Part shown: positions 56,276-64,000 of the stretch, in pieces
Position numbering within the stretch: position 1 is the stretch's first letter
Layout of the letters: every line of letters begins with the position of its first letter
Assembly (NCBI GenBank): GCA_964562615.1
Contig: CAZLUD010000002.1
Location: 89,300-153,299 of the forward strand
Source: an uncultured Candidatus Saccharibacteria bacterium
Lineage (GTDB): Bacteria; Patescibacteriota; Minisyncoccia; Phycocordibacterales; UBA12088
Length of the DNA: 64,000 nt
Direction: 5' to 3'
Position numbers and translations under genes: made by a program
The notes under the pieces: generated by a model
The model's database searches: none
What the model saw: only the letters and a program-made list of their open reading frames with translations
What the model was told of the DNA's origin: nothing

Positions 56276-58558
56276 TTATTTTGCGTATTTGAGACCCTCC
56301 TCAAACTTTACCGAAAGCAGCCTCGATGCCCCATCAGCGCCCATAGTGACCCCGTACAACACCCCCGCTCTACTCATGGTCTCGCGGTTATGAGTGATAA
56401 GTATGAGCTGAGAATCCTTCGCAAGAGTCTCAATCATATCCCCATATCTTCTTGAATTTGCTTCATCAAGAGCAGCGTCTGTCTCGTCAAGAATAATAAA
56501 CGGTGGTGGATTTACCCTACTCATCGCAAAGATAAGTGCAATTGAGGTAAGCGCCCTCTCGCCACCAGAGAGCATCTGAAGGCCTTTAATGCGCTTATTT
56601 GGAAGCGCTACTGACACCTCCACCCCTTCTTCGCTCTCATCTAGTCCCTCAGCAGTAGGCATAGGTCCTTTGTCGTCAGCATCCTCAAGTACCACGTCTG
56701 TATCAATACGAGAGCGCTTTTTTTCTTTTACCACCGTAAGACCAGCCGACCCTCCGCCAAACATCAGGGTGAAGAGGGTATTAAACTCTTTAGAAATAGT
56801 CGTAATTCCCTCTTTGAACTTTTCATCAAGCTTAGATTCTAAATCCTTTATGAGTCCCTCAAGAGAGTGTACCGTGGCTTCAAGATCGGCAATCTCTTTA
56901 AGTAAAAATTCTGCTCTTCCATGCACCTCTTCGTATTCTTTCATTATCTCATCTGCGTTAGCGCCACCAAGCTCCTCGAGTCGAATTTTTAACTTCTCAA
57001 GGTGACGTCTACGTTCATATTGCACATCTCGTGCTTCAGCCACTATCTCATCATCTGTAATTGGCGTGCCATCCTCACGTAACAGCTCTGTCTCTTCAAA
57101 ACCACGTACTGCATGCCCTATCAATACCACCGCTTCTCGTACTTCGCGTTCATACTCTTCGGTATCCCTCTTATGAACCAGTTCTTTTGTTTTAATTTTA
57201 TCTATAGTGGCACGCAACTCTGTTTGTCTTGCCATGAGACGAAATACTTCTTTTTCTGCTTCTCTTCCTTCATTGCGTTCATTCTCAATATCTTTCTCGA
57301 GTTGTTTATATGATTGATAGACACGCTCTTCACGAGCAGCAAGTGTTTGGAGTGCGTCTTTTAACGTTTGATGTCGCTCAACTAAGCGTAGGCGCTCTTC
57401 CTCATCTTCTTTGTGATGATCTTCTGCGCCTCTGTGATCGGTAATAAAGGTGGCGATAATTTCTTTCGCTCTTGCTATAACCTCTCGCAACAATGACGCC
57501 TCTTTTGCTTCAGCTCCTTCAAAGAGCGTGGTGATATTTTCTGCAAGAGTCTCTACTCGCGAAAAGGCCACCACCGTATCGCTCCCCATCCTCTCTTTAG
57601 CCCGCTCTATGCTATTTTCTAGACTCACAATCTCTCCTTCTAACCTTCCTATCATTCTGTATTGCTCGTCCTTTTCTTTGCGCACCTGAGCTATTTCGCT
57701 TTCAAGCGAAAGGAGCATGTCGCTTTTTTCATCATGATGACCATTAGTCTCAAGTGTGTGACGCGCGCGCTCGATATCCTTCTCACACAGTGCAAGCTCG
57801 TTAGTAGGTCCTTCAAGATCGCGAGCGAGTATTGTACGCTCACGCGCAAGATACAACGCTTCTCGTTTTAAATATTCTCGTACATCCTTTGCGAGTGATT
57901 CGCGTACCTCTTTTGCTTTTTCAAGTTTTTTTACTTGTCGCTCTAAAAACCGTAGGTGCGGTTCGATTTCTTTTTGCAAGGAAAGTATGTGGGCTTTGTT
58001 TTCGTTTGTCTTTTTTAGCTTTCGCTCGCTTTCTGTTTTTTTGTATTGAAATACCTTAAGACCTAGTGCATCCTCAATCATGAGGCGACGATCCTTTGGT
58101 GGCGCAGACAATATTCTGTCTGCCTCCCCCTGAGAGATGATATGGTGTCCACTTGGGCCAATATTAGCCCCCGCAAGAAGCTCGATGATGTCTTTGAGTC
58201 GTACTACCGAACCATTCAATCGATACTCATTAGTGCCATCTTTATATACCACCCGTTCAAGAGTTACCTCATCAAAATCTATAGCTAAAAATCGTTTAGT
58301 ATTATCAAATACCAATGTTACCGATGCGCGTCCCTGTCCAGGGATTGCCTGTGTTCCAGAAAATATCAAATCCTCTCCCCGCTTTCCTCGCATCGATTTA
58401 AATGATTGTTCACCAAGTACAAATCTAAAACTCTCCGCAAAATTACTCTTGCCTGACCCATTAGGGCCAACGATAGACGTGATTGGTGAGGTAAACTCAA
58501 ACTCCGTTTTTTTTGCAAACGATTTAAATCCTGTTATTTCGAGAGAACGAAGGTGCAT
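56276..58558 (-). CDS. SMC-family chromosome-segregation ATPase, short form of 760 aa
   Basis: N-terminal Walker A 'GPNGSGKSN'. The C-terminal ABC signature is 'LSGGERALTSIALIFA' and Walker B is 'FIILDETDAALD'. The coiled coil is about half the length of canonical SMC and no obvious hinge is present. Confidence 0.75.
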   Translation of the reverse strand: MHLRSLEITGFKSFAKKTEFEFTSPITSIVGPNGSGKSNFAESFRFVLGEQSFKSMRGKRGEDLIFSGTQAIPGQGRASVTLVFDNTKRFLAIDFDEVTLERVVYKDGTNEYRLNGSVVRLKDIIELLAGANIGPSGHHIISQGEADRILSAPPKDRRLMIEDALGLKVFQYKKTESERKLKKTNENKAHILSLQKEIEPHLRFLERQVKKLEKAKEVRESLAKDVREYLKREALYLARERTILARDLEGPTNELALCEKDIERARHTLETNGHHDEKSDMLLSLESEIAQVRKEKDEQYRMIGRLEGEIVSLENSIERAKERMGSDTVVAFSRVETLAENITTLFEGAEAKEASLLREVIARAKEIIATFITDHRGAEDHHKEDEEERLRLVERHQTLKDALQTLAAREERVYQSYKQLEKDIENERNEGREAEKEVFRLMARQTELRATIDKIKTKELVHKRDTEEYEREVREAVVLIGHAVRGFEETELLREDGTPITDDEIVAEARDVQYERRRHLEKLKIRLEELGGANADEIMKEYEEVHGRAEFLLKEIADLEATVHSLEGLIKDLESKLDEKFKEGITTISKEFNTLFTLMFGGGSAGLTVVKEKKRSRIDTDVVLEDADDKGPMPTAEGLDESEEGVEVSVALPNKRIKGLQMLSGGERALTSIALIFAMSRVNPPPFIILDETDAALDEANSRRYGDMIETLAKDSQLILITHNRETMSRAGVLYGVTMGADGASRLLSVKFEEGLKYAK

Positions 58559-58586
58559 GTGTACTCAGTATACAAAAGGCGTACCG

Positions 58587-59282
58587 TTATCGCCATCCCT
58601 TAGATTCAAGCGCGTGATCAGCAGCTTCTTGTTCTGCTTCTTGTTTAGACTTTCCACTACCCTTTGCAATGCATTCATCAGCAATATACACACCGACCAC
58701 AAACTGCTTATCATGATCAGGACCACTTTCAGAAAGAAGTTCATAAACTGGAGTAACACCATGTACTTCTTGCGCCTTTTCTTGGAAAAAACTTTTACTG
58801 TCCTGCCACAATCTCCCTTCAATAACAGAGTCCATTTTATGCAAGAGGGTGGTGGTGATAAATGCACGTGCGCCTTCATAGCCATTATCCAAAAACAGCG
58901 CCCCGATAAATGCCTCGTAGGTATTAGCAAGAATATACTGACGTGCTCTGCCGGTATCCTTTTGTTCGCCTCGTGAGAGGTACAGATAATCATTCATCCC
59001 AAGAGCCGTTGCAGATTCAGAAAGTGATTGTGTATTCACTAGCGCTGCTCTGTAGGCAGTTAAATCTCCTTCTGTTTTATCAGGATACTTTTCAAACAAA
59101 AAGTTAGTAACCACAAGCTCAAGTACTGCATCTCCTAAAAACTCGAGCCGTTCGTTATGCTCGATTTTCTCTCCCCTATGTTCATTTACATATGAACGAT
59201 GAACAAACGCCTGTCTAAGGAGGTGTTTGTCAGTAAAGGTAATACCTACTGAATCTGCAAAAGTTTTTCCGTCGCTGTTCAT
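58587..59282 (-). CDS. rnc: Ribonuclease III
   Basis: 'ERLEFLGDAVLELVV' signature plus a C-terminal dsRBD. Confidence 0.9.
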   Translation of the reverse strand: MNSDGKTFADSVGITFTDKHLLRQAFVHRSYVNEHRGEKIEHNERLEFLGDAVLELVVTNFLFEKYPDKTEGDLTAYRAALVNTQSLSESATALGMNDYLYLSRGEQKDTGRARQYILANTYEAFIGALFLDNGYEGARAFITTTLLHKMDSVIEGRLWQDSKSFFQEKAQEVHGVTPVYELLSESGPDHDKQFVVGVYIADECIAKGSGKSKQEAEQEAADHALESKGWR

Positions 59283-59285
59283 GAT

Positions 59286-60200
59286 TTACCCTCGTTTTAC
59301 GAGAATATTTATTGCATTGGTGACAACGGGGAGTATATCGTTATAAAAATTAAGGTCAAGGATGTTTGCAAGCTTAAACCACTTTGCATCATCTAGCCCT
59401 CCCTTTTCTTCAAGAACCAAATCTACAAAAGGTGATTCGCCCAAAAAGTACGTAACCTGCTTTCGAACCTTACCTTTTTCTGGTGTAGTCGCCACATACT
59501 CATTTTGACCAAGCTTTTCATGGACCACTATATCAAGTCCAATTTCGTCTTTTATTTCTCTCTTTACGGCATCCTCAAGTGCGGTGGTGGTATCACCAAC
59601 ACTACCCTTAGGTAGTGTCCAATGACCAAATACATCATGGACAAGCGCTACGTACAAATCTTTACCGTCCTCAGCAAATACCACTGCGCCTACCTTGCGC
59701 TCAATGGGCATCTTATCAAACGGTACATCGCGCTTCTTTTTTTCCTTTTTGCCAGTTTCTGCTTTTCCTGGTTCACCAATTTCTTTGTATACGGCACCTA
59801 GTACTCCGTTTATAAATCTACCGCTATTCTCTCCACCGAAATTTTTTGCAAGTTCAATAGCTTCATTGATAGCAACCTTTGCTGGTACCTCGTTTCTGTC
59901 TGAAAAAAGTAGTTCGTATAGTCCTATGCGTAAAATATTTCTATCAATTGGAGCAATTCTTTCAATAGGCCACTCAGGCGCTGCCTTTGAGATAATATCA
60001 TCTATATCACGGCGCTTTTCTATGACTCCACGCATGAGTTTACTCATAAACGCCTGGTCGTTTGACCCTGGGGCAAATTCTTCTATGTTGCGGGCGAGCG
60101 CCTCGCGTTCGTCTATTTTTAGGCGACTATCATGCATTGCCTCATCCCACTCAAAGAGTGTTTGAAGAACAATCGATCGTGATAGGTGCCTATTTGCCAT
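59286..60200 (-). CDS. nusB: NusB antitermination factor fused to a C-terminal Nudix hydrolase domain
   Basis: aa 1-145 read 'VPAKVAINEAIELAKNFGGENSGRFINGVL', nearly identical to the NusB core. aa ~160-304 contain the Nudix box 'GSVGDTTTALEDAVKREIKDEIGL'. It is a single uninterrupted ORF. Confidence 0.85.
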   Translation of the reverse strand: MANRHLSRSIVLQTLFEWDEAMHDSRLKIDEREALARNIEEFAPGSNDQAFMSKLMRGVIEKRRDIDDIISKAAPEWPIERIAPIDRNILRIGLYELLFSDRNEVPAKVAINEAIELAKNFGGENSGRFINGVLGAVYKEIGEPGKAETGKKEKKKRDVPFDKMPIERKVGAVVFAEDGKDLYVALVHDVFGHWTLPKGSVGDTTTALEDAVKREIKDEIGLDIVVHEKLGQNEYVATTPEKGKVRKQVTYFLGESPFVDLVLEEKGGLDDAKWFKLANILDLNFYNDILPVVTNAINILVKRG

Positions 60201-60312
60201 GAAAATGGGAACGGTATAGAAGACGTGTCACACTCCTATATCCCTATAGTGACTCAGGTTCAGTCTTTTGCCAAGAGGTAGGCTGTGAATTTCTTTTTAC
60301 CGGAGGTACGTA

Positions 60313-60573
60313 CTACTTAGCAGTAGTTTTCTTTTCAGGGAGGCGTCCGTCAGCGATTGCTTTTTTCTCACTTGCTTTTGCGAGTTTCTTTTTAGAGGTG
60401 AGGGTAACGTCAACGATCATTTTACCTCGATAGTAGCCGCACTTTGAGCACATGGTGTGTCTTCGATATGGGCTTTTGCAATTTGTGCACGTAGAAAGAC
60501 GAGGTGCCAAAACGCGATGATGGCTCCTTCGTGCGCCAGTTTTTGCCCTTGTTGACTTCATTCGTACCGACAT
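60313..60573 (-). CDS. rpmF: 50S ribosomal protein L32 with a ~30-aa Lys-rich C-terminal extension
   Basis: 'RAKTGARRSHHRVLAPRLSTCTNCKSPYRRHTMCSKCGYYRGK' fits the L32 zinc-ribbon pattern. Confidence 0.85.
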   Translation of the reverse strand: MSVRMKSTRAKTGARRSHHRVLAPRLSTCTNCKSPYRRHTMCSKCGYYRGKMIVDVTLTSKKKLAKASEKKAIADGRLPEKKTTAK

Positions 60574-60600
60574 AGTGAGAAAGACTATACCCTAAAAGCC

Positions 60601-60634
60601 TAAAAAAAGCAAACCGGCACGCATTGCGTGCCGG
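60601..60634 (-). terminator. Rho-independent terminator
   Basis: CCGGCACGC-aat-GCGTGCCGG, followed on the minus strand by TTTGCTTTTTTT. Confidence 0.75.
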
Positions 60635-60667
60635 TCCAGCTCTTTTTGAGAATCTATTGTAGTGGTA

Positions 60668-60814
60668 TCAAGAATACCTCAACAAGCTTTGTCCTTTCCT
60701 ATTTCCACTTTTTGGTGTTTTTGACAGATTTACATACATTGTTGCTCTTGCGAGCACTTGTTTGAGTTTTTTTTCTTGCCTCTTCTTTTTAGGTAAGTTT
60801 TTTTCAACCTTCAT
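60668..60814 (-). CDS. Small basic protein of 48 aa, below the ORF-track cutoff
   Basis: SD 'GGGAGGT' lies 5 nt upstream of the ATG. The protein is MKVEKNLPKKKRQEKKLKQVLARATMYVNLSKTPKSGNRKGQSLLRYS. It is followed ~30 nt later by the terminator. Confidence 0.35.
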   Translation of the reverse strand: MKVEKNLPKKKRQEKKLKQVLARATMYVNLSKTPKSGNRKGQSLLRYS

Positions 60815-60949
60815 GAGAACCTCCCATGTCACACCGCCACAATTGACGGTTCCACGAAGTATTATGCAACAATAGAATATTTAATCAAGTGCAAAATGTT
60901 GAACAGTCTTAATTGCTTATTTCGTACTATGACTAATATAAAATTATCC

Positions 60950-61429
60950 TTATGTGATCTGCTTTTTGTACTCTGCAAATGTCCCCAACCCAAGATTTTT
61001 TCTTTTCTGATCTAAGGTTTCCATATCCACTATTTCAAAAAATTCGACAGCACCGGCAATTTTCTTGTACTGGGTTCCATATATCTGTGGCAGATTTTGC
61101 AAGATATTCACACGATCAATCAAATATGCAATATCACCCTGAATAGTCTCCTTGTTCGTTTTATCTTTGAACAGTTCTATAACATGCTTCATTAGCGTAA
61201 TATTATTTGAATGCTGTACAGCAAGAAAAGCAGCTCTATATGCCTTTACAGAATTTTTATCCAAAAACGGGAACCCGTGGTTAGTGATCAAGTTATTAAT
61301 ACGTAAAGCATTCTTAGTTTGAACTTCAATAAGTTTGAGTGATGTTATTTTTCCATTCTTAAAATCCTTAATCATTTTTTGATCCTGATCAAACAGCTCC
61401 TCAAGGATTTTTTCGTTTTCGTTTTTCAA
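60950..61429 (-). CDS. Hypothetical protein in the low-GC island. The start is uncertain: the track uses TTG, and an ATG at 61375 gives 141 aa.
   Basis: No TM helix and no motif. AT-rich codon usage, unlike the neighbouring genes. Confidence 0.45.
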   Translation of the reverse strand: MKNENEKILEELFDQDQKMIKDFKNGKITSLKLIEVQTKNALRINNLITNHGFPFLDKNSVKAYRAAFLAVQHSNNITLMKHVIELFKDKTNKETIQGDIAYLIDRVNILQNLPQIYGTQYKKIAGAVEFFEIVDMETLDQKRKNLGLGTFAEYKKQIT

Positions 61430-61449
61430 ACAATTTTAATAGTTACATA

Positions 61450-61493
61450 AAAAGACACCCTACATAGGCACTCACAGAGTGATTATATAGGGT
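61450..61493 (-). terminator. Terminator/attenuator hairpin between the candidate precursor ORF and the downstream genes
   Basis: On the minus strand the sequence reads ACCCTA-tataat-CACTCtgtGAGTG-cctatg-TAGGGT, followed by GTCTTTTTAT. Confidence 0.55.
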
Positions 61494-61517
61494 ATCAAGT
61501 AGAGCTACAACTCGAGG

Positions 61518-61703
61518 TTAGATGGTGTCACCGTCACCTGAGGCCTCGTTCAAAGTGTCCACTTCCGCTAGGAAATGGGGATTTTGTTGATCCTGAACAC
61601 TCAGAAGTGGATCCATGGCCTCGGCCCGCAAAAAAGTGATCGGCATTCGCGTCTCATCGATACGACCACCTGTCACCATGGCTTCGCATTCGGGGTTATG
61701 CAA
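61518..61703 (-). CDS. Candidate graspetide precursor peptide of 61 aa from a TTG start (53 aa from the ATG at 61679)
   Basis: SD 'AGGGGGTG' lies 6 nt upstream of the TTG. The protein is MHNPECEAMVTGGRIDETRMPITFLRAEAMDPLLSVQDQQNPHFLAEVDTLNEASGDGDTI. 'PITFLRA' is loosely similar to the microviridin leader motif PFFARFL. The C-terminal tail is rich in Thr/Ser and Asp/Glu, the residue types needed for omega-ester formation. It starts 32 nt after the ATP-grasp stop. Confidence 0.3.
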   Translation of the reverse strand: MHNPECEAMVTGGRIDETRMPITFLRAEAMDPLLSVQDQQNPHFLAEVDTLNEASGDGDTI

Positions 61704-61734
61704 GATTATCACCCCCTTTCACTCCACAAAGGTA

Positions 61735-62718
61735 TCAGCATGTCAACAGGTCTGCAAGTGCTTGTGAAATCGGCATACCTGCCACAAGCTCTGATGGAAC
61801 CCACTGTCCTTGGGGGTTTATTTCTAGAAAATAGTACTCGCCGTCACTTGAGAGGCACATATCAATCACTCCAAAGCGCAGTCCAAAATATTCGACATAA
61901 TCGCGACAAAGACACTCGAGGCCTTCTGGTAACCTGAATGGCTTGTAGATCCTATTAAGCTTGTGATTCCTCCAATCCACATTATCACTACCAGCACCAG
62001 CATCAGCATCATGATGTATGGAGACTGCAAAAACATTTCTACCTACGACGGTAATTCTTATGTCTATTTTTTCGACAATGGCCTCCTGAAAGATCACGGG
62101 GCAGTTTCTCACAAGATTAATATTTTCCTGAACTTCCTCAGGATTAATGATCCTTGTGTAAACAACCAAATCCTGATGATTTCCCTCAGGAGAAAACCTG
62201 AAATGACCAGTCCCGACAGGTTTCATTATGAGTCGCAAATCCTTGTTATTCTTGAGAAAATCAAGAACGACCTGAGGGTCGTTTGAAATTACAGTGCGAG
62301 GGATTTTGAAACCCATCTTCTTTGCGACCCTTAGCTGAAAAGGTTTACTGTTAGCGATTCGAGTGTTCTCTGGATCAGAAACCCACGTGACATCAGGCAA
62401 CAACTGGAATAAAGATCTGATGAAAACCTCGGACTCCGCTTCTATATATTTATCGAGTGGATCCGTGCTTACTCCTCGTAATTTACCCTTAGGTCTTCTC
62501 CACCAAACACCCGTTACGGTGTTACTGTCGAATCCCTGATCATCTTGCCGAAAGCGAACGAAAGGTTCTTCACAGGAATAGTCAATTGAGGCAACACTTT
62601 GCGAGGGAAACAGACTGAGATCAATCAAATTATACTGCTGATCCATCTCTCTGAATCTCTCAGACAATATTTTTGTAGTTCCATCATCGGCATGCGAGAT
62701 TACAAGGACAGTCTTCAT
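61735..62718 (-). CDS. ATP-grasp ribosomal-peptide maturase, microviridin MdnC/MvdD-like
   Basis: Collinear similarity to MdnC across the whole length. 'VTGVWWRRPKGKL' matches 'VSAVWYRRMRYGL', 'QEAIVEKIDIRITVVGRNVFAVSI...DNVDWRNHK' matches 'QENIPKALELRITIVGEQIFTAAI...IYDWRKEG', 'YVEYFGLRFGVIDMCLSSDGEYYFLEINPQGQW' matches 'LMKYFGLNYGAIDMIVTPDERYIFLEINPVGEF', and 'ISQALADLL' matches 'ISQAIAEIL'. Confidence 0.8.
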   Translation of the reverse strand: MKTVLVISHADDGTTKILSERFREMDQQYNLIDLSLFPSQSVASIDYSCEEPFVRFRQDDQGFDSNTVTGVWWRRPKGKLRGVSTDPLDKYIEAESEVFIRSLFQLLPDVTWVSDPENTRIANSKPFQLRVAKKMGFKIPRTVISNDPQVVLDFLKNNKDLRLIMKPVGTGHFRFSPEGNHQDLVVYTRIINPEEVQENINLVRNCPVIFQEAIVEKIDIRITVVGRNVFAVSIHHDADAGAGSDNVDWRNHKLNRIYKPFRLPEGLECLCRDYVEYFGLRFGVIDMCLSSDGEYYFLEINPQGQWVPSELVAGMPISQALADLLTC

Positions 62719-62769
62719 GGCGATTTCTACCTTCCTAGTTCCTAGGTTGAAACTTGTGTACCAAATTAA

Positions 62770-62797
62770 AAGTATAAAAATGAATAAGCGTTGTCAA
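62770..62797 (-). promoter_or_regulatory. Sigma-70-type promoter for the ATP-grasp operon
   Basis: On the minus strand, TTGACA-N16-ATACTT lies ~50 nt upstream of the ATP-grasp ATG. Confidence 0.45.
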
Positions 62798-62841
62798 CCA
62801 CTTAATGAAGTGAGTCCAGACCACAGTGCCGGGGTGAATTC

Positions 62842-63414
62842 TCAATGACAAAACGTAATTCGGTGTTGATTACTTATCCCATGCTTTCTTATCGCCTTTT
62901 TGTGCAATTTTGTTCCATATCCTTTATGGCGGGCAAATTGATATTCTGGATATACAGCATCAAGCTCAACCATATACGCATCTCGATGCACTTTTGCCGT
63001 AATAGACGCTAGCGCAATGCAGGCAACCTTTTCATCTCCCTTTATGATTGTTTCTTGTCGTGTGTACTCGCTCCCCGCTTTGATACCTCCATCAAGAACT
63101 ATCACGCAGCAAGCGGGGTCAGCAGATACCTTTTTAAGAACGCGAGCAATCCCCACTTTAACTGCAGATACTATTCCTTTAGTATCTATATGCTTGTTAT
63201 CTATGAGCGCGTATGCGCTTTGTATGTTGCTGTCTTGTTCGAGTTTTTGTAACCACTCCTCCCTCTTTTTTGGTGACAACTTTTTTGAATCCTGTATACC
63301 TTGTAGCCACGTAGGGTAATACTCTACACTCATTTTTACTGCTCCAACCGATACCGGCCCCGCAAGCGCCCCGCGTCCCGCCTCATCAATACCGACAATA
63401 TGGGTTACCCCCAT
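62842..63414 (-). CDS. rnhB: Ribonuclease HII
   Basis: 'IVGIDEAGRGALAGPVSVGAV' is the classic RNase HII N-terminus. The start is taken at MGVTH. Confidence 0.9.
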   Translation of the reverse strand: MGVTHIVGIDEAGRGALAGPVSVGAVKMSVEYYPTWLQGIQDSKKLSPKKREEWLQKLEQDSNIQSAYALIDNKHIDTKGIVSAVKVGIARVLKKVSADPACCVIVLDGGIKAGSEYTRQETIIKGDEKVACIALASITAKVHRDAYMVELDAVYPEYQFARHKGYGTKLHKKAIRKHGISNQHRITFCH

Positions 63415-63479
63415 TTTTTTGTACGCGCGAGAAAGTTTTCGATGCATAGTGTTCTGCTATACTACCATCACCACAATTC

Positions 63480-64000
63480 ATGAACGACTTTATTCACCTT
63501 CATACCCATAGCCACTACACTCTTTTGGGGGCACTCCCCACCATAAAGGAGCTCGTTCACGCCACAAAAGATGCGGGTATGAGCGCCGTTGCGCTTACCG
63601 ACAATGGCAATTTATATGGCGCCGTTGAGTTTTATGAAGAATGTCTCAAGGAAGGGATAAAACCAATCATTGGCATTGACGCATACCTTGCGCCACGCAC
63701 CATAGCAGACAAAGAAGCGGGTATAGACAAACCTCGTAACAGAATAGTGCTCCTCGCCAAAAACTACGATGGCTACGTTAATTTAATAAAGATAGTCACC
63801 GCTTCGTATACTGAGGGGTTTTATTATCGACCACGAGTTGATAAACAATTACTTGAAACATACAAAGACAATCTCATTGCAATCATTCCTTCCTTTGCAG
63901 GAGAAGTATCTTCACTAATCCGCCAAGGTGCACAGCAAAGCGCAAAAGAAGCACTCCTGTGGTACACAGAGGTATTTGGAGAGGACTGCTACCTAGAAAT
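63480..64000 (+). CDS. dnaE: DNA polymerase III alpha subunit, N-terminal PHP domain. The ORF runs off the right edge of the window.
   Basis: 'FIHLHTHSHYTLLGALPTIKELVHATKDAGMSAVALTDNGNLYGAVEFYEEC' is the canonical DnaE start. It is open at the window end and so is absent from the track. Confidence 0.85.
   Translation, partial: MNDFIHLHTHSHYTLLGALPTIKELVHATKDAGMSAVALTDNGNLYGAVEFYEECLKEGIKPIIGIDAYLAPRTIADKEAGIDKPRNRIVLLAKNYDGYVNLIKIVTASYTEGFYYRPRVDKQLLETYKDNLIAIIPSFAGEVSSLIRQGAQQSAKEALLWYTEVFGEDCYLE

Noticed and set aside
61575-61937. The 120-aa plus-strand ORF as an alternative precursor or partner of the ATP-grasp enzyme
   Set aside because: It runs antisense across the ATP-grasp stop and the candidate precursor, and has no SD. 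Its composition gives no leader/core organisation.

Overview
The window reads as a 64-kb chromosomal segment from a small-genome bacterium using the standard genetic code, since very long housekeeping ORFs are intact with no in-frame UGA. Most of it is minus-strand core genes, including mnmA, mltG, leuS, ychF, a dnaG-rpoD operon, rpoB-rpoC, an rpsP/KH-domain-protein/trmD cluster, rnr, pyrF, a cyclophilin, an SMC-like ATPase, rnc, nusB, rpmF, rnhB, truB, hisS, uppP and the 5' end of dnaE. An RND efflux pump with its membrane-fusion adaptor and a CPA1 Na+/H+ antiporter are also present. Many tiny membrane-protein genes with strong Shine-Dalgarno sites lie between them, and several of these fall below the 60-aa cutoff of the ORF track. 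Some gene content is reminiscent of Patescibacteria/CPR-like lineages: a membrane-anchored staphylococcal-type nuclease, a Gmad2-type Ig-like domain, a sigma-70 region-4 plus HARE-HTH protein, an extended L32, and a lysine-rich RpoD N-terminus. This cannot be established from the sequence alone. Two accessory loci stand out as candidates for the undescribed system. (1) A 1317-aa ORF fuses a LexA-type DNA-binding domain and cleavage-site linker to a signal-anchor/TM segment and then a long extracellular region. That region carries about eight 'GNVGIGTT(S/A)P' repeats, a phage tail-fibre Peptidase-S74 intramolecular-chaperone domain and a DUF5011-like Ig domain. A GAAC-N4-GTTC SOS-box-like palindrome sits in its divergent promoter. 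Next to this gene are an InsA-like zinc-ribbon/RecB-like nuclease protein and an Avd-like four-helix-bundle protein. (2) A low-GC insert between rpmF and rnhB encodes a microviridin-type (MdnC/MvdD-like) ATP-grasp ligase with its own promoter. It is followed by a candidate precursor peptide, an attenuator-like hairpin and two further small genes, which is consistent with a graspetide RiPP cluster. The window also contains a NusB-Nudix fusion, three separate PD-(D/E)xK nuclease-domain proteins, an ATP-cone-Mrr fusion, a DnaG with a degenerate zinc finger, and several clean rho-independent terminators. No tRNA, rRNA, CRISPR array or bona fide transposase was found.
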